Shown one piece after another: positions 54,220 to 64,000 of a stretch of DNA of 64,000 bases (its first letter is position 1; each line of letters opens with the position of its first letter). This stretch comes from an uncultured Gammaproteobacteria bacterium. GTDB lineage: Bacteria; Pseudomonadota; Gammaproteobacteria; JACCXJ01. Location of the stretch: contig CAVXTM010000011.1 in assembly GCA_963764725.1 (NCBI GenBank), forward strand, positions 160,001 to 224,000, in the 5' to 3' direction. Both the position numbers and the translations under genes were made by a program. The notes beneath the pieces are model-generated. The model ran no database searches and was not told where the DNA came from. It worked only from the letters and a program-made list of their open reading frames with translations.

Positions 54220-55692
54220 TTAGCGCTGTGCTTGCAAGAACCAGGTCGTAGCCCCGTAACGGCCCAGCTTTCCTTCGATTCCATTCTTAGATGCATGATT
54301 GGACCATTGCACGGCAGTTACACCAAGACCTGCATTCTCTAGATATCCCTTCAACGTGTCAGGAGCAATTACTTGGATCCCGCCGTCCTCAAAAGCGCGC
54401 AACTTCCGATAATCTGCCTTGCCTAGCGCTTTTTTAGCGAGAACTCGAAGCGAGCCAAAGTTGGGGCCACTGATCACTAACATGCCGCCTTGGTGAACAA
54501 GACGAGCGCATTGCTCGACCACTTGCCCGGGATTGGGAAGTAGATGCAGCAGATTCGTAATGATTACACATTCGAAGGCCCGACCGTTCAACCTTCTTAA
54601 GCACTCGGCAAGCGTCCCATAATCCACATCGATTCCGAGACGGGCGGCCGTACCTCCAATTATCGAATCCAATGGTACAGCGGTGACCATTGCGCCACGT
54701 TTCTTTAACTCGGCTTCAGTCGCTCCCCACCCACATCCGATCGACAGGATGCCCTCAGCATTATTGGGCACCAGCGCTAGCAGTTCCGCGCTTGGTTCTT
54801 CATAATAACTTTTCGACCACTCCCGATTATGCATGCGAGACTCAACGGCGCAAAGGGTGCTCGCCGGATGTGCACCCTTGACAATTGACATCTGCGTTTG
54901 AATTAGCTCGTTACAGGCGGCCAGGGAGATTCCGACCTTACCTGCATACCGATTAGATAGGTGATGAATGAGAAAATCCTCCAGCGCCGAGATGCAAACT
55001 ACCTTACGAAATCCGCAACTGGTGTAAGGATCCGTTGCTGCAGTACATGCCAAGTCGTACGAGCCTTCGTACGGACTTTTAAGGAAACCGCCAGAATCAA
55101 TCGCCCTTCTTAACTGGCCCTGTGTTAAAATATAGCATGCGGCATGTGCATTAGATAATTCTCCCACTACGTAACCACCTCGCTGTTTAACCGATTCTGG
55201 TATCCAGTGAAAGCACCCGTGTACGTCGGGAAGGGAACGGGCGCCAGTTTTGTCCACCTCGTACCTGACAAAGCCAGCGATCTCATCGGGGGCCAAATCA
55301 GGTGTGGCCCGTAGAAACGCCTCAATGTTCCGTTCCGTTATCTCTATGTCATCCTCTGAATAGATAAACAGATCATACTGGTCGATGTTGCTCGCAAGAA
55401 TAGACTTATGTGCAAACGGCAAAGACCATGGGTCCCGTGAAGGTAAGCCAACGACAACTTCGACATTCGGACCTAATTCTTTTAGGGCGTTGGATACTAC
55501 GGCTATATCAACATCCATAGTCATTTGCCCATACCCAAGGATGACTCGTTTCAACAATTCAAGGTTCTTATTCCCATAACTGGCAATGACGACTAGCATT
55601 CGAAGCCTGTCGCCGTCCAGTTCCAAATCGGCATTCTTTAATTCATTCATGAGTAAGCACCTCGAAATCATCCCCTTACTATAGTCAACCAT
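54220..55692 (-). CDS. Glycosyltransferase-like N-domain fused to a class I SAM methyltransferase
   Basis: YSEDD in the N-half; LSIGCGWG and LLHLLPNP in the C-half. Confidence 0.65.
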   Translation of the reverse strand: MVDYSKGMISRCLLMNELKNADLELDGDRLRMLVVIASYGNKNLELLKRVILGYGQMTMDVDIAVVSNALKELGPNVEVVVGLPSRDPWSLPFAHKSILASNIDQYDLFIYSEDDIEITERNIEAFLRATPDLAPDEIAGFVRYEVDKTGARSLPDVHGCFHWIPESVKQRGGYVVGELSNAHAACYILTQGQLRRAIDSGGFLKSPYEGSYDLACTAATDPYTSCGFRKVVCISALEDFLIHHLSNRYAGKVGISLAACNELIQTQMSIVKGAHPASTLCAVESRMHNREWSKSYYEEPSAELLALVPNNAEGILSIGCGWGATEAELKKRGAMVTAVPLDSIIGGTAARLGIDVDYGTLAECLRRLNGRAFECVIITNLLHLLPNPGQVVEQCARLVHQGGMLVISGPNFGSLRVLAKKALGKADYRKLRAFEDGGIQVIAPDTLKGYLENAGLGVTAVQWSNHASKNGIEGKLGRYGATTWFLQAQR

Positions 55693-55990
55693 ACAATCCG
55701 CTATAAAAGACGTCCACCTTGCGAGTAAAAAGTACCAAGTGACCTCAGAATCATGGCCGATCGACAGATCGGCGCTGATTCAAGGACTACCTCTTCGGAC
55801 GAGCGCCCAGTAATGCGGGATCGACAAAAACACCAGTTTCGCTGGCAACATCGGTTAGCGTTGTCAGCGGTTACGAAGGTCAATCGCATCCACCATCCAA
55901 TCGAATGGGCCCACTTCTGACTTCAGAGATTGCCTAGACGTCGTGCAATAATCCTTTGAGCCCCCGAAATCCACTGTACAGCGGCATAAC

Positions 55991-56353
55991 TGGAGTTGAC
56001 CCGTTTCGTGGACACTTCATCTTTTGGGAGTCCACGATGTCGAAACGAAGAAGTGCATATCTGCTGGAGTTCTGGCGACAGATGGTCGAGTTGGTCGGGT
56101 CGGGCCGCAAACCAGGAAGAGCTGTCGCGGGAGTTTGAGCCGACGGCGCAGGCGATCCGTAACGGAGATGGCTATCTTCTTCGCGTTCATCGAGGGCTGG
56201 TATAACCCGCATCGTCGGCACTCGTCCATCGGTGGTTACTTGTCACCCGTCAACTACGAGAGGAGGATATGTCCAATACTGAACCCGCGACCATCGCCAA
56301 TGCACGGTTTGAATCCCAAGCCCTAAACCGTCCACGAAACGGGGGGAACTCCA
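55991..56353 (+). mobile_element. 363-bp internally deleted IS3 derivative (MITE-like)
   Basis: IRs TGGAGTTGACCCGTTTCGTGGAC / GTCCACGAAACGGGGGGAACTCCA; TSD TAAC; OrfA start fused to WYNPHRRHSS. Confidence 0.88.
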
Positions 56354-56446
56354 TAACATTGCTTTCGTTACGCTTGGCAAGGGCTGTGGCACATAAGGTT
56401 CCGACGGTGCATGGCCTGGCGACCGGATCCCCTTTTGTCGAGTTTC

Positions 56447-57778
56447 CTATCTCGAGAAATGCGGTTGTACGCGATTTCTTGTTGAGCCAATCTTTTCTGT
56501 GGCTTTTTTATAGTCTTCGATGTATTCCTGCGAAATAGCCGAAATAGCTGCTAATTCCAAAAACCATAACACATAAATTTGATCGAAATATGTTATGCCG
56601 AGCCAAGTAACAATATGGACCAATACCGCGCAACCCAATCCCCATAGGAGATATTCAGTTTCATTTTGTGCCCGTAAAGTGCCGCGAACAATTGTCAAGG
56701 CTTGCCCAAGAACTCGAAATGTGCGGACAAGCAAAAGAATTAAAAGGGCCATCGCTAGAAGGCCGGCGTTTAACCCGAAGGCAAGGTATTTGTTAGTAAT
56801 ATCCGCTGCACCTGTAGCCTCAATTACAAACGGAAACCAGTGTATAGTCTGAGCGATGTCCATGCCGGCGAACCACCATTTATCAAGATTCTGAAAGGCC
56901 ACCTCCATCAGACGGGAACGATGCCAGCCACCACCTCCGGTTAATGAACTTATCCTTGCAGTTAAATACCATATTGGAGCCTTCATAACTATCGCTAGAC
57001 ACACAAACATGACGGCAACGATCCGTCTTAAATAAACCAGCTTCGTTCGTGCCACCCAGGATAGCCAACCCACTAAGCCCATAGCGGCGGCCCCTACCGG
57101 GCCGCCCGAGTTTGAGAAAAGGACAATCCCCAAGCACAAGCCAATTCCAGCACAAGCCCGGATACGATTTTTCCGTGTGAACATGAGCCCGATGTATAAC
57201 GGCAACACAGCCGCCCCAAGTGTGCCGAGCAACGATGGATGCCTAAAACTACCCATGCACCGAATCCTACCGCCACGTAATTCGAAGTTCCAAGTCCCTG
57301 CACCCATCAAAGCAAACGGATTTTTCTGCGTAAGCATCTCGACCGACAATAGTGCGACATAAGGAACGAGAATAATAACGAAAACACGTAAAAACCATAT
57401 CAGTTCCTCAATGTTTTTGATCAGTCCTCGGAAGGTAAAGTAACAAAACGAGGCATCGACTAGCGAACCGACCATCGCAACCTGGCCTACATCTGAACGT
57501 ATAAGAAAAACCAGCGTGGTAAATCCATAAAGCAAGAGTACGGATCGATCTATCGCATTCAGTTTGGACAACACAAACTCCTTGCGTACCACAACGCGGG
57601 AAAAGCCGGCGAGTTCCAGTAGCCTAATCGCGGTCAAATCCAGGCCAAGCACGTCAACCGCTTGTTGCTGGGTTACATACAGTACGCCTCCCATCATCCC
57701 AACCAAGGCCCATCGCCGGGGTGCAAACAAAATCACGACCGTCAGCAGAAATACAATGCTTGCCCCTATAGAATTCAT
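56447..57778 (-). CDS. Wzy/O-antigen ligase-like membrane protein
   Basis: About 11 TM segments; RCMGSFRHP, DITNKY. Confidence 0.7.
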   Translation of the reverse strand: MNSIGASIVFLLTVVILFAPRRWALVGMMGGVLYVTQQQAVDVLGLDLTAIRLLELAGFSRVVVRKEFVLSKLNAIDRSVLLLYGFTTLVFLIRSDVGQVAMVGSLVDASFCYFTFRGLIKNIEELIWFLRVFVIILVPYVALLSVEMLTQKNPFALMGAGTWNFELRGGRIRCMGSFRHPSLLGTLGAAVLPLYIGLMFTRKNRIRACAGIGLCLGIVLFSNSGGPVGAAAMGLVGWLSWVARTKLVYLRRIVAVMFVCLAIVMKAPIWYLTARISSLTGGGGWHRSRLMEVAFQNLDKWWFAGMDIAQTIHWFPFVIEATGAADITNKYLAFGLNAGLLAMALLILLLVRTFRVLGQALTIVRGTLRAQNETEYLLWGLGCAVLVHIVTWLGITYFDQIYVLWFLELAAISAISQEYIEDYKKATEKIGSTRNRVQPHFSR

Positions 57779-57901
57779 ATTTTCTTTTTAGAGCCTATAC
57801 GAAAACTTTATAAGGGGACAGGAAGAACTCAATTGAGGAACACGCCAAAAGGAGATGAGCCATCTAGTGGCAAACCAGACGAGCGACCACTGAAGTCAAC
57901 C

Positions 57902-58894
57902 CTAGTCAGGAAGGTTTTTGTACCGCTCTGCGATTTCCCGCGGTAGACAATGCCAAGCGCTAGGAATTTCCTTTAGATATCCAAGAAACTCCTCATAGTG
58001 GTTTAGATGATCTTTTTCCATCAAATAGTCGGGATGTGTCAAAGTAAGGATCATGCCATGATTGGCGGCAAGCCATTTAGCTTTTTTCTTCCAGATTAAA
58101 ATGTTCTTTGCTCTTAATGTGTAAAACAATACATGGTCCTGCGGAACCGTGTACGGCAACTCAACAAATTTTCCCGCCATAAAGGGCCAAATGGACCCAG
58201 TTCCGCCCGGAAACGGCTGGTATGGGTCGTAATCGAAACATGAGGCGTCGTACAAAATATTCAAATGCTGTAGCCAATCCAAATTCCGATGGACCTGAGG
58301 TGACCTGAAACCTACGGCACCATATTTCTCAAGCGCCTTATTGATATACGCAGCCCGTTGCAAAAACCTCTGCTTCGAATAATACAAAGTGCCATCGTGG
58401 TTATAGCCGTGAATTCCGATCTCATTGCCAGTCCTAATTATCAAATCAGTTATTTCACGATGTAACCTGTATTTGTTAGCTACCAAGTTCCAGGAGCCTC
58501 TGAACCCGTACCTCTGCTCCAAGGCGATTACCTGTGGAATAAAATCGTATCCCTTTTGGGTTTCCACATCGTGTGTAAGAATGATGGACGTCGTGTAACT
58601 GTCGGGATACAGCGACGTGGTGAACTGACTCCAAGCCCTTTCATCGCTCTTTAGCAGTTCAACCAGATCCGCACAAATAAACTGAGGACGACATGTCGTG
58701 GCACGCGTATACCTGCTTTGGAGCCAATGCCTCACAAACAAAGGCATAAAAGGTCGGGCAACTCGATAATAGATTTTTTGAAGCGGCGAAAACCTGAGTT
58801 GAAAATCGTTCTCGGATAGATACGCACGTGAATCCGGGTGTGGGTGGTTCTTCAGATAAATAGCCAGCGTTTCCATGGCTAAGTTATCCCTCAT
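57902..58894 (-). CDS. Polysaccharide deacetylase
   Basis: LTHDVE, EIGIHGYNH, GFRSP, THPDY. Confidence 0.85.
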   Translation of the reverse strand: MRDNLAMETLAIYLKNHPHPDSRAYLSENDFQLRFSPLQKIYYRVARPFMPLFVRHWLQSRYTRATTCRPQFICADLVELLKSDERAWSQFTTSLYPDSYTTSIILTHDVETQKGYDFIPQVIALEQRYGFRGSWNLVANKYRLHREITDLIIRTGNEIGIHGYNHDGTLYYSKQRFLQRAAYINKALEKYGAVGFRSPQVHRNLDWLQHLNILYDASCFDYDPYQPFPGGTGSIWPFMAGKFVELPYTVPQDHVLFYTLRAKNILIWKKKAKWLAANHGMILTLTHPDYLMEKDHLNHYEEFLGYLKEIPSAWHCLPREIAERYKNLPD

Positions 58895-59941
58895 ACGGCA
58901 AAATACTTGTACAGCGCTTCACCGGCCAGCCGGCATACAAACGGCGGACTATGTCTGATGACGGGTTCGACCAGCTTGTGGTTCAGGACATCGAACAAAC
59001 CTGCGGAGGGGACTGTAGGGAAATACGAATAGGAAAGTTCCGTTTCCGTTGCACTCCATCCGCTTTTAAAATGTCTCAGCCCTTTGTTTGACGAGGCTGT
59101 TTTCCCAAAGTCGAACCTTAAAAACCCTTGCTGTTTGGCGTACAGCATTGTTTCCCAAAACATCAGGTGATTGGGCGACAAATCCAGGTAAGACGGATCC
59201 GATGCCCCATATTTATAAGCAATCGTTTCCTTAAACCCACAGAATACACCAGCACTCATATATTGCGTGTTATTACGGGTGAGCGATATAAATCCCAAGT
59301 TTTGTTCAATAATGTGCCTGTGAAACAGGGTGAAATATCTACGAGGTTGTATCGGCACTCCCTGCCTCTTGCGAGTTTTAAGGTGAAGCCAGTAAAAAAT
59401 ATCCATAGCTTCTACATCGCGACGTATCTCAGTTTTCAGGCCACTTTTCTGCGCCTTCTTAATGGGTCGTTGTACACGGAGCTTGAGTGACTTCAGGAGG
59501 TCTTTTGGCTCTCCCTCAATATTTGTTACGTGCAACCAATGCGTGTTGCGCAACGCAAATCCAGAGTCGGGCCCAAGCCCGCTACGAACTTCAATACGGG
59601 CCCTGTTCTGCATAGCCCCTGAGCGTACATGGTCCATCAATAGTTGCAACTCAGCAGGTGACGCACCAAGCGGTCCACAATAATCGGAAAACGGTAGACA
59701 AACCAGTTTTTTCCGAAACCCAGACCCCTTGACTTCACAAAACGGGATACCGGCCAGAATTGTTTGATCATGTTGCAGGCACATGGCAAATGTTTCGAAT
59801 TTATACTGATCATGAAGAAGGGTTAACCAGGCCGGATGATGAAAGATCCCGGCGTCCGGGTGAGAATGAATAAACGCATTCCACAAAGGGTTGGTCGCTG
59901 GGTCAATAACATGAATGCTTGCAGAGTTTGTGTCGTGCATC
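58891..59941 (-). CDS. FemAB-like GNAT protein; start uncertain
   Basis: IFHHPAW, LPFSDYCG, FDFGKT, GLRHFKSGW. Confidence 0.85.
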
Positions 59942-60019
59942 GTATTTCTACTTCGCTCATTTTCTCGATGCATTGCCCACTTCTCAGAAGATGAGGATCG
60001 GCTTTTTTGCTGGTCCATC

Positions 60020-61198
60020 TTACGTTGGTAGCAATGAGGCATAGGCACTTGTCAAATTCAGTTTCTGAAGTTCCCAGGATAAAACGTTATTGAAATGGCT
60101 AAGGGTTCGTTCCCTTAAATCCTCGTATTCGTCCACTTTGTTATAAATCTCTACAACCTTTTGGGCAATTTCCTCGAACGTATTCACATGAATGCCAATA
60201 TCTTCCGTTGAATTCACTTGCTCCTTGAGTCGTAGTGAGCACACAGGCACTGCACAGCACATGTAATCCATCACCTTCATAGCTGTATGCAAGTGATTCT
60301 TAGGCAAATACCCCCAGGTTACCAAGCCAAAATCGAAGTTCTTAATAATTTCAAACGCCTGTGGTACTCGGACAAAGCCGTATAGATCAAACCTATCCTC
60401 CATACCACATTCTCTGATTTTTCGCCGAAGGTAACCCAATCCGGGGCCACTACCTATAATTGAAAATTTAAACTGTATTTTGTTTTTCGCTAAGGTCTTG
60501 GCTATTATAAAGAAATTGTCCAATCCTGCTGCTTCATCATCGGCCAGTACACCGAAATATCCAATGTTAATCATACCGGTGCGTTTCGACTTATCTATTT
60601 CGGTTATGCTTTTAAACACGATTGGGTTGCTGTTTCGTACTACGTGTATTCGTTTACGAGCGTTTTTTTGTCTTACATAGTCAGATATTGACCGATTAGT
60701 GGTAATAATCAAATCCGCAAATTGAATACTCAATAATTCAAAAGCTCTCAAAAAAAGCTCCAAAAACTTACCTAGTATCGTTTTGCTTGCGCTTTTGCCC
60801 TTGAATGTCTCAATGGAAAGATCGTGGACATCAAACGTAAGTTTTGTCCCGAATAGCTTAAGCCAGGAAATGATAGGAATGATAAAGTCAGGAGGGTTTG
60901 CAACGTGAATTACTTTAATTCTCTTAAGCAGGACAATGAACGGGACCAACAATGCGATCCAGGTCCCCGCTATCGAGTATTCCAAGAGAATAAATAATAA
61001 CGATTTAGCTTCAAAATGCGGATATCTGATGCACCTGACAGATTGAATACTCTCAGTAAACTTCTCCCCTTCTTGCCTTGGAGCTAGAACGTAGCACGAG
61101 TAAACGTCTGAAAGGGTGATGCATTCGTTATAGACTCTCGTATCACGCGGGAAATAGTCATTTTCAAGGACAAACAATACGCTCGTTTTTTTTCTCAC
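60020..61198 (-). CDS. GT4 glycosyltransferase
   Basis: DTRV, HVANPPD, FDVHD, KVMDYM. Confidence 0.85.
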   Translation of the reverse strand: MRKKTSVLFVLENDYFPRDTRVYNECITLSDVYSCYVLAPRQEGEKFTESIQSVRCIRYPHFEAKSLLFILLEYSIAGTWIALLVPFIVLLKRIKVIHVANPPDFIIPIISWLKLFGTKLTFDVHDLSIETFKGKSASKTILGKFLELFLRAFELLSIQFADLIITTNRSISDYVRQKNARKRIHVVRNSNPIVFKSITEIDKSKRTGMINIGYFGVLADDEAAGLDNFFIIAKTLAKNKIQFKFSIIGSGPGLGYLRRKIRECGMEDRFDLYGFVRVPQAFEIIKNFDFGLVTWGYLPKNHLHTAMKVMDYMCCAVPVCSLRLKEQVNSTEDIGIHVNTFEEIAQKVVEIYNKVDEYEDLRERTLSHFNNVLSWELQKLNLTSAYASLLPT

Positions 61199-61610
61199 TT
61201 GGGCGGGACCAAGGGTCGGACCAACCTATCTTCCCCGAACAAGGGAGCCGTAGACTTTGCCAGATCAGATAGGAAGCGCACCGACAAATCAGATCTCAGT
61301 TCCAAATGTTCGAGTTGATGTCCTTGAGCTTTGTGGTAGTAGGCTTCGTTCGAGCGACGATGTAGCCGGAAAAGGCTGGGTTCGAAGAGCAACTCTAGGC
61401 CAAGCAGCAAGCTCACCACGCTCAAGCAATTGCAGCCCCGTCCGATCCTGCGGGATTGGATAGAAAGTCGCGAGGAGGCAAACGTGTCAGGATTCCGGTA
61501 TTCCGCCGGTTTCGTAAATTGACTGGATATAACGCAATTGGCCAACATTCATCATATGGCTAAGATTTGGCAGTTTCATGTCGCTTTCTCTTGAGATAGT
61601 GGTGGTACGC

Positions 61611-63599
61611 CTAGCCGGGATTTCTCACCAATGATCTGGACGCAGAGAGAAACAAACCGTCATGAGGGCCCTCGAAAACCGCTACCTCAGCAATCTGCGA
61701 TATTCCCGACAGGCGGGAATCAACGAACTCGCGATGCCAAAGTTCCAGAACCAAGAGCGAGAAGACGTGGTCAGACCAGGCTTGAGACAACCGGCTTTTC
61801 GTCAGGAAGCGCTCAAGGAACCTTGCCTTGAAGTACCCGCGGCGAAGGGTTGAGTTATCGAGAAGAATCTCCTTGGCGCGGTCAGCCAGATCGTTCTTGA
61901 GCCAGGAGGTGAACGGCACCGGAAATCCGGCCTTTTTTCGGTTCAGGATTTCCGGAGGCAACTCCTTCGAAAATGCAGCCTTCAAAACGCGTTTGGTGTT
62001 GCGCCCTTGAACCTTGTGGCTGGGGTGGAGTGAGGCCGCAAACTCCAGCACCTTGTGATCGAGAAGAGGGACGCGCAATTCCAGAGAGTTCGCCATGGTG
62101 ATCTTGTCCGCCTTCACTAGAAGGTTGTCAGGGAGCCACGTTTTCGTATCGACATAGAGCATCTGATCGAGCAGAGACCAGTCTCCGCCTGTGGGAAACA
62201 CCTCGGCGAGCAACTGATTGGAAGAAATGCCTCCGGTCTCGCGGAGAAAATCCAGAGTGAATACTTCGGCGGCATGTCGATGAAAATAATCCGATGGGTA
62301 GGAGGTCCGGCTGAAATAATGTTCAAACAAAGGTCGCCCCAATGCCTCGGCATACCGCTGTACGCGATGCATCGCAAAGATTCCGGCACCAAAACCCACG
62401 ACGGCCCCGAGTGGGCGAGCGAATGGTCCGAAAAGACCGGCAATCCGGTTCGAGCAGAGCATGTTCGGATAATTTGGATATCCGGCGAAAGCCTCGTCCC
62501 CACCTTCTCCGGACAAAAGGACTTTGACGTGGCTCCGCGCGAGTTTCGAAACGTAGTGGAGCGCCACCGCTGGCGGTTGACAGATGGTTTCTTCCATATG
62601 CCAAACGTACGACGGAAGAAAGTGCCAGAAGTCGTCTGCTGAAATGCTGATCTCATAGTGCTCAGTCCCGAAGCGTTCAGCCGCAATGCGCGCGTACGGG
62701 CGTTCGTCAACAACGTGAGCGTCGTCAAAACCGACGGTGAAACTTTTCACCCTCTTTGACGTTCCGTGTACGGCAAAGCTTAAGATGGCTGAAGAATCCA
62801 GTCCGCCGCTAAGCAATACGCCGACAGGCACATCAGCGATCATGTGGTCGCGAACGGTGGTACCGATCAAATCGTGTAGTTCTTCGACAACGGTATCAAA
62901 TGGTTTGGACCAACGGTCTTTGCTGAACTGGAGATCCCAATATTGCCGGATGCTCCAAATGCCCTTTTTGGCGAAAAGATAGTGGCCGGGCAGCAGCTTG
63001 TGCACCGAGCGAAAAAGGGTGTCTGCGCCAGGGACGTATTTAAGCGTAAGAAATCGCCGGATCATCAAGGCATCGATATCGCGAGAGATATTGGGGTTGG
63101 CGATGATCGATTTGACCTCGGAGGCGAAATATAGGTTGTCGCCTATTTGACAGTAGTATAGTGGTTTGATACCGACACGGTCGCGCGCCACGAACAAGCA
63201 TTGCTTTGATTTATCCCATATGGCGAAGGCGAACATGCCGCGGAGGAAGCGGAGACAGTCCGTCCCATGTTCCTCATACAAGTGAATGATGACTTCGGTA
63301 TCTGTTTGCGAACGAAATACATGCCCTCGCGAGATGAGGTGTCCGCGCAGCGCCTGAAAGTTGTAGATTTCGCCGTTGAAAACGATCCAGACGGTTTCGT
63401 CTTCGTTGGTCATTGGTTGGCCACCGCCGTCGACATCGATGATCGAGAGACGACAATGGCCCAGTCCGACAGTGGTATCGAGAAATATTCCGCACGAGTC
63501 CGGACCTCGGTGACCGATGGGAGCGAGCATGCGTTTGATTTCCGCGCGGTCCACGCAGTGCTGTGACGTAAGATGAAGTTTGCCGACGATGCCGCACAT
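61611..63599 (-). CDS. asnB: Asparagine synthase-like glutamine amidotransferase
   Basis: MCGI, HRGPD, FNGEIYN, LSGGLDSS, SGEGGDE, ELRVPLLD. Confidence 0.93.
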   Translation of the reverse strand: MCGIVGKLHLTSQHCVDRAEIKRMLAPIGHRGPDSCGIFLDTTVGLGHCRLSIIDVDGGGQPMTNEDETVWIVFNGEIYNFQALRGHLISRGHVFRSQTDTEVIIHLYEEHGTDCLRFLRGMFAFAIWDKSKQCLFVARDRVGIKPLYYCQIGDNLYFASEVKSIIANPNISRDIDALMIRRFLTLKYVPGADTLFRSVHKLLPGHYLFAKKGIWSIRQYWDLQFSKDRWSKPFDTVVEELHDLIGTTVRDHMIADVPVGVLLSGGLDSSAILSFAVHGTSKRVKSFTVGFDDAHVVDERPYARIAAERFGTEHYEISISADDFWHFLPSYVWHMEETICQPPAVALHYVSKLARSHVKVLLSGEGGDEAFAGYPNYPNMLCSNRIAGLFGPFARPLGAVVGFGAGIFAMHRVQRYAEALGRPLFEHYFSRTSYPSDYFHRHAAEVFTLDFLRETGGISSNQLLAEVFPTGGDWSLLDQMLYVDTKTWLPDNLLVKADKITMANSLELRVPLLDHKVLEFAASLHPSHKVQGRNTKRVLKAAFSKELPPEILNRKKAGFPVPFTSWLKNDLADRAKEILLDNSTLRRGYFKARFLERFLTKSRLSQAWSDHVFSLLVLELWHREFVDSRLSGISQIAEVAVFEGPHDGLFLSASRSLVRNPG

Positions 63600-63644
63600 A
63601 ACGAGGTTGGGATTTAACGCAGTATTGTTTCCCTGGCGACGTTG

Positions 63645-64000
63645 CTAAGGCCACAAACTCCGCCGGAACGTTAGCGCGCGCCACTGTTGGATCCTCAAGT
63701 AACGAATCATGGCGGGGTCGGCGACTTTCGGGATCCGCTTAAGGTAACCCTTCATAAAGCCGTACCACAAGCCGAGGCCTTCCCTTATTCCAGCTGGCGA
63801 AGGCAGGCCAAGTGTCCGCTTCAGGCACTTGCAGGCCATAAAGACCGGGTGATAGCCGGCGATGTAGTTTGCGAGGCCGTTCTTTATCCAGTTAGCCCAC
63901 GAACCGTAGGCCCCTCCAGTTGGTCGGTGGTGGACCAAGTGAATGTGCCGGAATGTGAGCGTCTTCCAGCCGAGCATGTTGGCTTTGACGTGATCCACGG
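63645..64000 (-). CDS. GT2 glycosyltransferase, C-terminal part (runs off the window)
   Basis: ANMLGWKT, HHRPTG, GYHPVF; EPS operon context. Confidence 0.7.
   Translation of the reverse strand, partial: VDHVKANMLGWKTLTFRHIHLVHHRPTGGAYGSWANWIKNGLANYIAGYHPVFMACKCLKRTLGLPSPAGIREGLGLWYGFMKGYLKRIPKVADPAMIRYLRIQQWRALTFRRSLWP

Noticed and set aside
31807-64000. Exosortase or PEP-CTERM substrate in the window
   Set aside because: No xrtA gene or VPEP-TM-basic tail seen; the system assignment rests on the export genes only

Overview
Bacterial chromosome segment, probably proteobacterial, with four parts. (1) 1-8263: narI 3' end, hemerythrin, a Pro/Thr-linker cupredoxin lipoprotein, DUF2298 and GtrB-like glycosyltransferases, SmbP, hemH and tRNA-Ser(CGA). 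(2) About 8264-26450: a decaying island after the tRNA. It holds an array of type II toxin-antitoxin modules interleaved with a RAYT-type Y1 transposase and GGGTCA-tagged sites, a TIGR02270 gene split by ISL3, a four-level nest of insertions, and an Ig-adhesin/tail-collar/GNAT/DUF6916 cluster. (3) 26494-31747: rocD, arginase, ALDH7-like dehydrogenase and lhgO. (4) 31807-64000: an XrtA/PEP-CTERM-type exopolysaccharide locus with a c-di-GMP-I riboswitch upstream of tandem FN3-PKD-LamG surface-protein paralogs, interrupted by many IS elements. The most interesting object is the nest at 17490-20833. A secreted-protein gene is split at TTAG by a ~1.64 kb element encoding a ~505-aa protein with Rep_trans-like motifs and a wHTH but no DDE or HUH signature. 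That element is split by a 43-bp hairpin mini-element, of which a second 41-bp copy sits in an IS5 gene at 47990-48030. The mini-element is in turn split by an IS110 whose bridge-RNA guide segments can be read and match it. All calls come from visual motif recognition; no database searches were run.
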